Numbered from the stretch's first letter, positions 40,004 through 50,397 are shown. The stretch: DNA of 64,000 bases from an uncultured Limnobacter sp. (GCA_964538505.1 CAZIDY010000010.1:10004-74003), one strand, 5' to 3'. Program-made: numbers and translations. The notes: generated by a model from the sequence alone, not told the origin.

Positions 40004-40515
40004 TCAGTTCCGTTGCGGGAACTCGAGGGGCCGCAGGCGCGCGGCCACGCGATCGAGCACGCCGTTGACGTACTTGAAGCCGTCGGGCCCGCCGTAGCTC
40101 TTCGCGATCTCGACGGCTTCGTTGAGCACGACGCGATAGGGAATCTCGGGCATCCGCAGCAATTCGAGCGTGGCAAGCATCAGCACCGCGTGCTCGACAG
40201 GGCTGAGCTCGGCGACCCTTCGATCGAGATGCGGTTCGATCTGTGCATCGAGTTCGTCGGCGGCGCGGATCGTGCCGTGCAGCAATGCGTCGAGATGCTC
40301 GTGGTCGGCCTTCTCGAAACCGGGCGTTTCCTCGAGATGCGCGTGGATGACGCCGGCGTCCTCGCGCGCGAGCAGCCACTGGTACAGGCCCTGCAGCGCG
40401 AGCTCGCGCGCGCGGCGCCGTGCGCTCTTCGGCGGCGTTCCGCCGGAGGGCTTGCGCGTAGACCGGGCGCCCGGATCGGGCACCGGCTCGCGCCGCGGCA
40501 GCTTCGCAGCTTCGG

Positions 40516-40519
<4 letters not shown>
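40004..40519 (-). CDS. nusB: transcription antitermination factor NusB
   Basis: [15 protein letters not shown]...NAVLR-like helices and FVNGVLD. The start overlaps the ribH stop (ATGA). Confidence 0.9.
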
Positions 40520-41165
<646 letters not shown>

Positions 41166-41169
<4 letters not shown>

Positions 41170-42287
41170 TGCCCCTCCTCCATCGACTCGAATCCGACGA
41201 CCTCGAGCTCGTAGCCCGTCATGCTCGGCATCTTGCGCGGCTGCGACAGCAGACGCATGCGACTGACACCGAGGTCCTTGAGGATCTGCGCACCGATTCC
41301 GTAGGTGCGCAGATCGAGCTTGCCCTTGCGCCGTCGCGCCTTCGCCTGCGCGGAACCGGCGTCGAGCGCATGCAGCTCGTCGAACAGCGCCGCGCCCGGC
41401 TGCGCGCAGTTGAGCAGAACGGCAACGCCGGCGCGCTGCTCGACGATGCGCGACATCGCACGATCGAGCGGCCACGAATGCGACGTGGAGCTGTTGTCGA
41501 GCAGGTCGATCAGCGACAGCGGCTCGTGCACGCGCACCAGCGTATCGCGCTCGGGTTCGATCTCGCCGTGCACGAGCGCGATGTGCGGCGAACCGGAAAC
41601 CTGGTCGCGATACGCGACGAGCCGAAGCGGCCCCCAGCGCGACTCGATCGCCCGCTCGGCGACCCGCTCGATCAGGCTCTCGTGCGCGCTGCGGTACTGG
41701 ATCAGGTCGGCGATGGCGCCGATCTTCAAGCCATGCGCGGCGGCGAACTCGATGAGATCGGGCAGTCGCGCCATCGATCCGTCATCGCGCAGGATCTCGC
41801 AGATGACGGCAGTCGGCGTGCGCCCCGCCAGGCGCGCGAGATCGCAGCCGGCCTCGGTGTGACCGGCGCGCATCAGCACACCGCCGGGCTGCGCCATCAG
41901 CGGGAAAATGTGACCGGGCTGGACGACGTCCTCGGGCTTCGCGTCGCGCGCAACCGCCGCCTGCACGGTGCGCGCGCGATCGGCCGCCGAGATGCCGGTG
42001 GAGACGCCTTCGGCTGCCTCGATCGACACCGTGAAATTCGTACCGTGGCGCGCGGCGTTGTTCTCGACCATGCGCGGCAGGCGCAGCTGCCGGCAGTGTT
42101 CTTCGGTGAGCGTGAGGCAGATCAGGCCGCGGCCGAAACGCGCCATGAAGTTGATCGCCTCGGGCGTGACGAAGTCGGCGGCGAGGACGAGGTCGCCTTC
42201 GTTCTCGCGGTCTTCCTCGTCGACGAGGATCACCATGCGGCCGGCGGCGATCTCGGCAATGATCTCGGGCGTGCTGGAGAGGGTCAT
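41166..42287 (-). CDS. ribB: 3,4-dihydroxy-2-butanone-4-phosphate synthase fused to a GTP cyclohydrolase II-like domain (Cys zinc motif not visible)
   Basis: [16 protein letters not shown]...HTEAGCDL is the DHBP synthase signature. The C-terminal domain aligns by length with GCH II, but I see no C-x-C-x..C zinc site. Confidence 0.85.
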
Positions 42288-42901
42288 TGGCTCATTCTAC
42301 CGGCGGCCAGCATGCGCTCCACGTAGCGCGCGATCAGGTCGACCTCGAGGTTCACGCGCCGTCCGGCGTGCAGCGCTCGCAGCGTGGTGACGCGAATCGT
42401 GTGCGGAACGAGATTGATCTCGAACTCGACGCCCACGTCGGTGTCGGCAACCCGATTCACCGTCAGGCTCACGCCGTCGACCGTGATCGAGCCCTTGTAC
42501 GCGAGGTACCGGCCGAGCGATTCGTCGGCACGCACGACGAGTCGCCACGACTCGCCGATCGGCTCGAAGGAAACGACTTCGCCGATGCCGTCGACGTGGC
42601 CCGAGACGAGGTGGCCGCCGAGACGGTCGGCGAGCGTGAGCGCCTTCTCGAGATTCACCTCGCCGGACACGTCGAGCCCGACCGTCTTCGACAGGCTCTC
42701 GCCCGAGACGTCGACGAAGAAGCGCCGGCCGTCGATGCGAACGACCGTCATGCACGCACCCTGCACGGCGATCGAGTCGCCGGGCGCGACATCGTGCAGG
42801 TCGAGCTCGCCGGCATCGACCGCGATGCGCACGCCCGCCTGCTCGCCGAGCGATTCGACTTCCTCTATGCGGCCGACAGCCGCGACGATTCCGGTGAACA
42901 T
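42284..42901 (-). CDS. ribE: riboflavin synthase (alpha chain)
   Basis: MFTGIVAAVGRI...GDSIAVQGACMTV...GGHLVSGHVDG...SITVDGVSLTV. 205 aa. Confidence 0.9.
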   Translation of the reverse strand: MFTGIVAAVGRIEEVESLGEQAGVRIAVDAGELDLHDVAPGDSIAVQGACMTVVRIDGRRFFVDVSGESLSKTVGLDVSGEVNLEKALTLADRLGGHLVSGHVDGIGEVVSFEPIGESWRLVVRADESLGRYLAYKGSITVDGVSLTVNRVADTDVGVEFEINLVPHTIRVTTLRALHAGRRVNLEVDLIARYVERMLAAGRMSQ

Positions 42902-42909
42902 TTGCGTTT

Positions 42910-44019
42910 TCAGGTCCTGTCGGTTCGGCGCGCGATCACGCGCAGGTCTTCGCCGATGCGTTGGATCGACTCGAATCTCAGCGCGACGCCGCGGTCGATC
43001 GCCTCGGGCGCGGGCAGTGCGGCAAGCGGCGTCGCGTCGCCGAGCAGCATCGGCGCAACGTACATCAGCAATTCGTCGACGCAGTCTTCGCGCAGCAGCG
43101 AGCCGTTGAGCTTCGCTCCCGCTTCGACGTGCAGCTCGTTGATGCCGCGGCTCCCGAGCTCGACGAGCAGTGCGGCCAGATCGACCTTGCCGCCGGCGCC
43201 GGCGAGCGTGATCACCTCGCAGCCCAGCTCGCGCAGCGTGGCGGTCTGCTCCGTGCGCGAACCCGGCTCGATCGCGCAGGCAACGAGCGTATTGCCACCC
43301 TCGACGATGCGCGCCGCCGGGTTCACCTCGAGCCGCGAGTCGACGAGCACCCGCAGCGGCTGGCGCGAGGTCTGAACATGACGCACGTTCATCTGCGGAT
43401 TGTCGTCGCGCACGGTACCGATGCCGGTGAGCACCGCACACGCGCGTGCACGCCAGGCATGGCCGTCGACGCGCGCGGGCTCGCCGGTGATCCACTGGCT
43501 GCGACCGTCGTGCAGCGCCGTGCGTCCGTCCAGGCTCGCGGCAACCTTCATCCGCACCCACGGCCGGCCGCGCGTCATCCGCGAAACGAAGCCGATGTTC
43601 AGTTCGCGCGCTTCCTGCTCGAGCAGACCGCAGCGCACGTCGATGCCGGCGGCCCGCAGCCGCTCGAGGCCCTGTCCGTTCACCGCCGGATTCGGATCCT
43701 CCATCGCGGCAATCACGCGTCCGACGCGCGCCTCGATCAGCGAGTCGACGCAGGGCGGCGTGTTTCCGTGGTGGTTGCAGGGCTCGAGCGTCACGTAGGC
43801 GGTGGCGCCGCGCGCGCGCGCGCCAGCCTCGGCCAGCGCAAGCACCTCGGCGTGCGCTTCGCCGCGACGGCGGTGCCAGCCTTCGCCGACGACACCGTGT
43901 TCGTGCACGATGACGCAGCCGACGCGCGGGTTCGGCGTGCAGGTATTCATGCCCTGCGCGGCAAGCCGCAGCGCCTGCAGCATGAACTCGTGATCGGCCG
44001 CGGTGAACATGGAGGGCAT
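42910..44019 (-). CDS. ribD: bifunctional diaminohydroxyphosphoribosylaminopyrimidine deaminase / 5-amino-6-(5-phosphoribosylamino)uracil reductase
   Basis: FMLQALRLAAQGMNTCTPNPRVGCVIV...HAEVLAL...YVTLEPCNHHGNTPPC. Start at ATG 44019 or 44010. Confidence 0.9.
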   Translation of the reverse strand: MPSMFTAADHEFMLQALRLAAQGMNTCTPNPRVGCVIVHEHGVVGEGWHRRRGEAHAEVLALAEAGARARGATAYVTLEPCNHHGNTPPCVDSLIEARVGRVIAAMEDPNPAVNGQGLERLRAAGIDVRCGLLEQEARELNIGFVSRMTRGRPWVRMKVAASLDGRTALHDGRSQWITGEPARVDGHAWRARACAVLTGIGTVRDDNPQMNVRHVQTSRQPLRVLVDSRLEVNPAARIVEGGNTLVACAIEPGSRTEQTATLRELGCEVITLAGAGGKVDLAALLVELGSRGINELHVEAGAKLNGSLLREDCVDELLMYVAPMLLGDATPLAALPAPEAIDRGVALRFESIQRIGEDLRVIARRTDRT

Positions 44020-44225
44020 TATCCACTGCCGCGCGGGGGCGCTTCGAGGGGCACGCATCCGCCCGACGGGACGCTGGTGTCGAGGCGACGCGCCCGGGCT
44101 CGGCGGCGCGCGTTCTAGAATCGACGAACGGATGGAGAAGCGACCTGGACAGCAGCTCTTCCGCGCGCGAGCGCATCGGCGGCCACATCGTCGCGGACGC
44201 CCTGATCGGCCAGGGCGTCGACACC

Positions 44226-45845
44226 GTGTTCGGCGTTCCCGGCGAAAGCTATCTCGCGGTGCTCGACGGGCTGTACCGCCACCGGGATCGCGTGCGCTTC
44301 GTCGTCTGTCGCCAGGAAGGCGGCGCCGCGTACATGGCCGATGCCTACGCGAAGCTCACTGGCCGTACGGGCGTCGTGATGGTCACGCGCGGACCGGGCG
44401 CGACGAACGCTTCAGTCGGCATTCACGCCGCTTTCCAGGACTCGGTGCCGATGGTCGTGCTGATCGGGCAGGTCGGCACCGGGTTCATCGACCGCGAAGC
44501 CTTCCAGGAGATCGACTTCCGTCGCATGTTCGGCCCGATGGCGAAGTGGGTCGCGCAGGTCGATCGCGTCGAGCGCATCCCCGAGTACATTGCACGCGCA
44601 TTCCAGACGGCGACCAGCGGACGCATGGGGCCGGTGGTGCTCGCGCTGCCCGAGGACGTGCTGGCGGCGCGCGCGGTCGTCGAGGACGCGGCGAGACATT
44701 CGCCGGTGCGCGCGTACCCGGGCGCGGCGCAGATCGAGCGCCTGCGCGAGCTGCTCGCCAACGCTCAGCGCCCGCTCGTGCTGCTCGGCGGAAGCGGCTG
44801 GACGCGCGCGGCCTGCGAAGACCTGCGCGTCTTCGCCGAGGCGAACCGTCTGCCGGTGGCCTGCGCGTTCCGCTACCAGGATCTCTTCGACAACCGGCAT
44901 CCGAACTACATCGGCGATGTCGGCATCGGCGTGAATCCGAAGCTCGCCGCTCGCGTGCGCGACGCAGACCTGCTGCTCGCGATCGGACCGCGCCTGGGCG
45001 AGATGACGACCTCGGGCTATACGCTGCTCGAGGCGCCTCGTCCTTCACAGCGGCTGGTGCACGTGCATGCGGGCGTCGAAGAGCTCGGCAGCGTCTATCA
45101 GGCCGAACTGATGATCGCCTCGGGCATGCCCGAGATCGCCGCGGCGCTGCGCGAGATCGCGGTCAGCCCCGATGCCTGGGCCGGTTCGGTGGAACAGGCA
45201 CGCGCCGAGTACGAGGCATGGCAGCGCGAGCCGCCGATCTACGCGGGCGCGACGAAGCCGCCTGCGTTGAACCTGTGGCAAGTGGTGCAGACGCTGCGCC
45301 GCCTGCTGCCGCCCGACGCGATCGTCACGAACGGCGCGGGCAACTTCGCGACCTGGGCGAACCGCTTCTGGCCGTATGCGGGGCTACGGACCCTGCTGTC
45401 GACGACCGCGGGCTCGATGGGCTACGGCGTGCCGGCGGCGGTGGCAGCGGCGATCACCGAACCGCAGCGAACCGTGGTCTGCTTCGCCGGCGACGGCGAC
45501 TTCCTGATGACAGGACAGGAACTCGCGACCGCCGCGCAATACGAAGCGGGCCTCGTCACGATCGTCTTCGACAACGGGATGTACGGGACGATCCGCATGC
45601 ACCAGGAACGCGAATACCCGGGGCGGGTGTTCGGCACCGCGCTCGCGAACCCCGACTTTGTGAAGCTCGGCGAGGCCTACGGCGGCTTCGGCGTGCGGGT
45701 GCGAACGACGGCGGAGTTCGAGCCGGCGATGCGCGCGGCGCTCGAGCATGCGCGTCGGCAGCGGCGACCGGCGATCGTGGCGCTCGATGTCGATCCGCAG
45801 GCGATCACGCCGAACGCGACGCTCGACACGATTCGGGGCGCGTGA
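44226..45845 (+). CDS. thiamine pyrophosphate-binding enzyme (acetolactate synthase large subunit-like); true start probably upstream of 44226
   Basis: VPGESYLAVLDGL...RQEGGAAYMADAYAKLTGR...TRGPGATNA and the later GSMGYGVPAAVAA...GDGDFLM TPP motif. The conserved GGHIVADALIGQGVDTVFG is in frame upstream of the first ATG/GTG. Confidence 0.8.
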   Translation: MFGVPGESYLAVLDGLYRHRDRVRFVVCRQEGGAAYMADAYAKLTGRTGVVMVTRGPGATNASVGIHAAFQDSVPMVVLIGQVGTGFIDREAFQEIDFRRMFGPMAKWVAQVDRVERIPEYIARAFQTATSGRMGPVVLALPEDVLAARAVVEDAARHSPVRAYPGAAQIERLRELLANAQRPLVLLGGSGWTRAACEDLRVFAEANRLPVACAFRYQDLFDNRHPNYIGDVGIGVNPKLAARVRDADLLLAIGPRLGEMTTSGYTLLEAPRPSQRLVHVHAGVEELGSVYQAELMIASGMPEIAAALREIAVSPDAWAGSVEQARAEYEAWQREPPIYAGATKPPALNLWQVVQTLRRLLPPDAIVTNGAGNFATWANRFWPYAGLRTLLSTTAGSMGYGVPAAVAAAITEPQRTVVCFAGDGDFLMTGQELATAAQYEAGLVTIVFDNGMYGTIRMHQEREYPGRVFGTALANPDFVKLGEAYGGFGVRVRTTAEFEPAMRAALEHARRQRRPAIVALDVDPQAITPNATLDTIRGA

Positions 45846-45875
45846 GGCAAACCGGGCTCAGACCACGATTTGCAG

Positions 45876-46214
45876 CTACAGCAGATCCGGTCGCCGTTCT
45901 GCCAGCCACGCTTTGACCGTCATGAGCAGTTCGTCCGCACTGCGAACGCACTCGACCACTGCAGCGCGCGAAACCGGCTCTCCCGAGTAGTCCGAGAGAT
46001 TGCGTTGCTTTCGCAGAGCATCGAGCAGTCGCACCTTGTCCGGTTGAAGCCCGATCGTCAACGCAAGTGCCTGAATTGCGGTTTTCTCCGCGGCCAACGC
46101 GTCGATCCGGGCATCCGCGACATTGCGCTCTGCCGACGCGAGCAGGCGCCGAATCTGCGCCTTGTCAGGCTCGACGGCGTCGAGGCTGATGCCCAATAAG
46201 TTCTGCAAGCTCAT
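45876..46214 (-). CDS. small helical HEPN-like protein, putative partner of the adjacent nucleotidyltransferase
   Basis: 112 aa, all-helical by eye, with an LRKQRNLSDY motif (R-N-x3-Y). Overlaps the 3' end of the NTase ORF. The family call is tentative. Confidence 0.4.
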   Translation of the reverse strand: MSLQNLLGISLDAVEPDKAQIRRLLASAERNVADARIDALAAEKTAIQALALTIGLQPDKVRLLDALRKQRNLSDYSGEPVSRAAVVECVRSADELLMTVKAWLAERRPDLL

Positions 46215-46821
46215 ATTCGCTGCCGATCACGAAAATCCTGGGTTTGGAGATCACGTCACGCAGAAAAGAATCTGCAATGACCTCGTCAACGAACTCCTGC
46301 CGTGAATACACTTTTGGATTCACTTCGCGGCCCAGTTCCGACTGCGCAGGATAGAGGGCTTCCACCGCTTCCGAGAACCCGATGTCGCCGATCAACAGGA
46401 TGTCGACATCGCTGCCTGCTACACCACGGCCTTGCGCAATAGAGCCGAACACAAAGGCGGAATGTATGCGGGAGGCCAGGGGGGCAAGGGATTGCGCCAG
46501 AACATCGGCAAGGCCTGAGGTCTTCCGGAGGATGCTTGCCAGTTCGTCGTAGACAGGGCTTGTCGTCTCTGCGCAGTACACCTGCTGATTGCCCCGTCGT
46601 TGTCTGCGCAGCAATCCCACGTCGCTCAATCGACGTAGCTCGCGAGCTACGCTACCGGCCGGCAGCCCGGTACGGCGAGCAATCTCCCGTCCGTGCAGCG
46701 CTTCATCCGGATGCAGGAGCAGCAGCCCCAAAATCCGGCGCCGATACTCGGGAAGGAGGACTGAAGCGAGCGATTGATGCTGCATTTGCATCGATTGTCG
46801 CTCTTTTTGCATCACCCGCAC
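46165..46821 (-). CDS. winged-helix (ArsR-like) plus minimal nucleotidyltransferase (MNT) domain protein
   Basis: RRRILGLLLLHPDEALHGREIARRTGLPAGSVARELRRLSDVGLL is a wHTH, followed by FVFGSIAQGRGVAGSDVDILLIG, the NTase G-S...D-x-D motif. Confidence 0.7.
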   Translation of the reverse strand: MRVMQKERQSMQMQHQSLASVLLPEYRRRILGLLLLHPDEALHGREIARRTGLPAGSVARELRRLSDVGLLRRQRRGNQQVYCAETTSPVYDELASILRKTSGLADVLAQSLAPLASRIHSAFVFGSIAQGRGVAGSDVDILLIGDIGFSEAVEALYPAQSELGREVNPKVYSRQEFVDEVIADSFLRDVISKPRIFVIGSEYELAELIGHQPRRRRA

Positions 46822-46860
46822 AAGGCGTCATTGCGCCCGAAGCCGCCGATACCGCGCGCT

Positions 46861-48105
46861 CTACCCGTAGACCGGGAACTCCGCCGTCAACTGCTCGACC
46901 TTCTCGCGAACCACCGCGATCCGCCCCGCATCCCCCGGCGCATCCAGCACATCCGCAATCAGATGCCCGACCTGCTGCGCCTGCTCTTCGCGAAAACCGC
47001 GCGTCGTCATCGCCGGCGTGCCGAGCCGGATCCCGCTCGTCACCATCGGCTTCTCCGGATCGTTCGGGATCGCATTCTTGTTGCAGGTGATGTGCGCTTC
47101 GCCGAGCATGCGCTCGGCTTCCTTGCCCGTGATGCGCTTGGCGCGCAGGTCGACCAGCATCAGGTGCGACTCGGTGCGACCCGACACGATGCGCAGGCCG
47201 CGCTCGATCAGCGTCTGCGCGAGCACGTTGGCGTTGGCCATCACCTGTTTCGCGTAGTCGCGAAAGGCCGGCTGCTGCGCTTCGTGGAAGGCAACCGCCT
47301 TCGCGGCGATCACGTGCATCAGCGGCCCGCCCTGCAGCCCGGGGAAAATCGCCGAGTTGATCGCCTTCTCGTGCGCGGTCGGCATCAGGATGAAACCGCC
47401 GCGGGGGCCGCGCAGGCTCTTGTGCGTCGTCGACGTGACGATATCGGCATGGCCGACCGGATTCGGGTAGAGGCCGCCGGCGATCAGCCCCGAGTAGTGC
47501 GCCATGTCGGCCATCAGCAGCGCGCCGACGTCGCGCGCGACCTGTGCGAAGCGCGCCCAGTCGATGCGCAGGCTGTAGGCCGATGCGCCGGCGATGATCA
47601 GCTTCGGCTTGTGCTCGTGCGCCTTGCGTTCCATCGCGTCGTAGTCGATCTCCTCGGCCTCGTTCATGCCGTAGGAGACGACGTTGAACCACTTGCCAGA
47701 CATGTTCAGTGCCATGCCGTGCGTGAGGTGCCCGCCCTCGGCGAGGTTCATGCCGAGGATCGTGTCGCCGGGCTGCAGGAACGCGAGGAACACCGCTTCG
47801 TTCGCCTGCGCGCCCGAATGCGGCTGCACGTTCGCGCAGTCGGCGCCGAACAGCGCCTTCACGCGATCGATCGCGAGCTGCTCGGCGACGTCGACGTGCT
47901 CGCAGCCTCCGTAATAGCGCTTGCCCGGATAGCCTTCGGCGTACTTGTTCGTCAGCTGGCTGCCCTGCGCGGCCATCACCGCGGGGCTCGCGTAGTTCTC
48001 CGAGGCAATCATCTCGATGTGCGCCTCCTGTCGCCGATTCTCGAGCCGGATGGCGTTCCAGAGCTCGGGATCCACTTGCGACAGGGCGATGCTGCGATCG
48101 AACAT
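46861..48105 (-). CDS. glyA: serine hydroxymethyltransferase
   Basis: Internal start [19 protein letters not shown]...[36 protein letters not shown]...[12 protein letters not shown]. Confidence 0.97.
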   Translation of the reverse strand: MFDRSIALSQVDPELWNAIRLENRRQEAHIEMIASENYASPAVMAAQGSQLTNKYAEGYPGKRYYGGCEHVDVAEQLAIDRVKALFGADCANVQPHSGAQANEAVFLAFLQPGDTILGMNLAEGGHLTHGMALNMSGKWFNVVSYGMNEAEEIDYDAMERKAHEHKPKLIIAGASAYSLRIDWARFAQVARDVGALLMADMAHYSGLIAGGLYPNPVGHADIVTSTTHKSLRGPRGGFILMPTAHEKAINSAIFPGLQGGPLMHVIAAKAVAFHEAQQPAFRDYAKQVMANANVLAQTLIERGLRIVSGRTESHLMLVDLRAKRITGKEAERMLGEAHITCNKNAIPNDPEKPMVTSGIRLGTPAMTTRGFREEQAQQVGHLIADVLDAPGDAGRIAVVREKVEQLTAEFPVYG

Positions 48106-48115
48106 GGCAATACCT

Positions 48116-48233
48116 CGGAAGAGCGCGGGGAAAGGCGAAAGGCGAAAGGCGAAGAGCGAAAAAAGCGAAAAGCGAGAAGCGAAGGCGACGAGCGACGAGC
48201 GACGAGCGACGGCCGGAGGCGAAACGAAGCGCG
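48116..48233. repeat. 118-nt T-free purine-rich low-complexity tract (A-free CU/G-rich on the glyA-sense strand) in the glyA leader
   Basis: Read directly: (gaaaggc)3, gaagagcgaaaaaagcgaaaagcgagaagcgaagg, (cgacgag)3... There is no t between 48116 and 48233. Confidence 0.9.
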
Positions 48234-48500
48234 TGGAAACGCGTGCGAGGCGGTGAGCTGCGCGTCCGGCGGACGCCCGGCGGACGAATTCTAAAGGATC
48301 GTGCGCCGCGGCCGATCCCGCCACGCTGCGTCATGCGGTTTCGCGTTCAAGGATGCGCCTCCGGTGAACACGTCTGCCGCGCAGCACTTCCGATCCTCTC
48401 GACGGCGAAGACGTCGAGCTGTCCGCGGCAGCAGCTCAAACTCAAAGAGCGCGGAACGCTGCCTTCCGCTGCATTTTCCGTCGAAGAAGAAGTTGCCGGC

Positions 48501-48524
48501 GGAAAAGCGCTGCGTTTCGCAGCG
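48501..48524 (-). terminator. candidate rho-independent terminator downstream of the histidine phosphatase gene
   Basis: Minus strand CGCTGCG-AAA-CGCAGCG followed by CTTTTCC, about 90 nt after the stop at 48616. Confidence 0.5.
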
Positions 48525-48615
48525 AAATGGCTTGCGAGAACGACGCGAGCGCGAGGAGTGCGCAGGGCAGGGGTCACGAATCGCCGCGCGACGCCTGGAC
48601 GAGCGCCGCAAGCCG

Positions 48616-49266
48616 CTACGGGTGCCCGCGCGCCTCGGTTACGTCGTCGAGCGCTTCGGCCAGATGCGCAACATCGGCCCACGCGAGCAACGCGAACGAG
48701 TCATCGCGCCACGCGATGCGGTTCAGGCTTGCATTGAGCAGTTCGTGCGTGCGCGGTGCGTCGATCGCCAGCCCGGTGGCGACGCGATACGCGCAATCGA
48801 GCACGCCGCCGTGCGTGACGACGGCGATCATCTCGCCCGCATGCCGGCAAGCGAGGTCGCGAAGCGTCGCTTCGATGCGCTCGTGCAGCGCGAGCAGCGT
48901 CTCTCCGCCTCCAGGCAGCGCGAAATCGGGATCACGCTCGCGCCAGCGCCGGTACGCCGACGCATCGATGCGTTCGATCTCCTCGTAGGTACGACCCTCG
49001 AAACGACCGTAGTGCCGCTCGCGCAGCCGTGGCTCGAGGCGCAGTTGCAGCCCGTGCGGCGCCGCGATCGCCTCGGCGGTCTGTCGTGCGCGCATCAGGT
49101 CGCTCGTATAGACGGCAGCCAGCGGCCACGACGAGAGCCGCAGTCCGGTACGGCGCGCCTGCTCGATGCCCTGCTCGTCGAGCGGCGTGTCGAGCTGGCC
49201 CTGGAAGCGTCGTTCGCGGTTCCAGGCGGTGATGCCGTGGCGAACGAGGACGAGCTCGGTCTTCAG
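48616..49266 (-). CDS. histidine phosphatase family protein (phosphoglycerate mutase-like); start codon uncertain, possibly CTG
   Basis: KTELVLVRHGITAWNRERRFQG...LMRARQTAE...THGGVL contains the RHG and H motifs. The only codon near the expected N-terminus is CTG at 49266, overlapping the upstream TGA (CTGA). Confidence 0.7.
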   Translation of the reverse strand: MKTELVLVRHGITAWNRERRFQGQLDTPLDEQGIEQARRTGLRLSSWPLAAVYTSDLMRARQTAEAIAAPHGLQLRLEPRLRERHYGRFEGRTYEEIERIDASAYRRWRERDPDFALPGGGETLLALHERIEATLRDLACRHAGEMIAVVTHGGVLDCAYRVATGLAIDAPRTHELLNASLNRIAWRDDSFALLAWADVAHLAEALDDVTEARGHP

Positions 49267-49889
49267 GCCAGCCTCGGGTTCAGCGTGTAGATGCCGGTGA
49301 TCGACGCCTGCCCCAGCCGGTGGTGCGCGATGACCTTCAAAGCATCGGCGCCGCCGAAGCGGCCCATCAACGGCAGCCGCTCCACGTCGAGCGCGTACAC
49401 CGTGAACACGTAGCGGTGCACGATCGAGTCGTTCCAGGGCGGGCACGGACCGTCGTAGCCGTAGTAGTCGCCGTTCATGTCGTGATCGTCGGCGAACCAG
49501 CCGGTGTAGTCGTTGATGCCCTGGCGGGCGCCGTGACGTGCGGTGGGCCCCGCCTTTCCGCGCGGGGTGACCTTGTCGGAGAACTCGCCCGCGGCAATCT
49601 GCTGCAACCCGACCGGAAGATCGATCAGCGTCCAGTGGTAGAAGTGCACGCGCGGCAGCGTCGACGGAATCTCGCGCCCTTCCTGGTTCACGTCGTCAGG
49701 CTTGCTCGGCACGTCGATGTCGTGGCAGACGATCGCGAAGGAACGCGTGCCGATCGGTGCGTCGGACCACGACAGCTGCGGATTGCGGTTCGACGACAGC
49801 GCCACGTGCGACTTCGGGTCGATCCGGCAGAAGGCGAACTCCGCGGGAATCGGCTGACCGTCGGCAAACGACTCGCTGGTTAATTTCAT
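49263..49889 (-). CDS. YbhB/YbcL (PEBP, Raf kinase inhibitor-like) family protein
   Basis: PQLSWSDAP.GT.SFAIVCHDIDVP...HFYHWTLIDLP...GYDGPCPPW..H.Y.FTVYAL. Confidence 0.8.
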   Translation of the reverse strand: MKLTSESFADGQPIPAEFAFCRIDPKSHVALSSNRNPQLSWSDAPIGTRSFAIVCHDIDVPSKPDDVNQEGREIPSTLPRVHFYHWTLIDLPVGLQQIAAGEFSDKVTPRGKAGPTARHGARQGINDYTGWFADDHDMNGDYYGYDGPCPPWNDSIVHRYVFTVYALDVERLPLMGRFGGADALKVIAHHRLGQASITGIYTLNPRLA

Positions 49890-49947
49890 TCGGGGCCTCC
49901 GTGCCTCGAGTGTCGCACGTCAGCGTAGGTTCGCTCCTCGCGCGCAG

Positions 49948-50397
49948 TCAAGCGCGCACGTTCGTGCGAACCCACAGCGTCACCGGCCCGTCGTTGACGA
50001 GCGCCACCAGCATGTCGGCGCCGAAGCGTCCGGCCTGCACCCGACCGTGCCCGGCCCGTGCGCACTCGACGAACCGCTCGAACAGGCGCGCGCCTTCGTC
50101 GGGCGCAGCCGCCGCAGAGAAGCCGGGCCGATGACCGCTCGACGTGTCGGCGGCAAGCGTGAACTGCGGAACCACGAGCAGCTCGCCGCCCGTGTCCTGC
50201 ACGCTCAGATTCATCCGACCATCGTTGTCGGGAAAGCAGCGCATGCGCAGCACGCGCGCGAGCAGGCGGTCGACGTCGGCGTTCTCGTCCCCGCGCTCGG
50301 CGCAGTAGAAGACGAGCAGCCCGCCGCCGATCGCAGCGATCGTCTCGCCGGCCACGTCGACCTGCGCGCGGGAGACGCGCTGCAGCAGCGCGATCAC
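49948..50397 (-). CDS. dtd: D-aminoacyl-tRNA deacylase
   Basis: (M)IALLQRVSRAQVDV...LLVVPQFTLAADT..G.RP.F. Starts with GTG. Confidence 0.9.
   Translation of the reverse strand: MIALLQRVSRAQVDVAGETIAAIGGGLLVFYCAERGDENADVDRLLARVLRMRCFPDNDGRMNLSVQDTGGELLVVPQFTLAADTSSGHRPGFSAAAAPDEGARLFERFVECARAGHGRVQAGRFGADMLVALVNDGPVTLWVRTNVRA

Noticed and set aside
44020-44140. FMN (RFN) riboswitch upstream of ribD
   Set aside because: The available leader is only about 110 nt, is shared with a divergent gene, and shows none of the conserved RFN core segments I can recall.
48234-48420. Riboswitch (for example a ZTP/pfl-type) in the long glyA leader
   Set aside because: I looked for the conserved cores I remember (GGGUCGUG..CUGGCG.. 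and ..CCGCCUGGGC). I found only a generic GC hairpin containing CCGCCGGGCG. That is not enough to call; a covariance-model scan would settle it.
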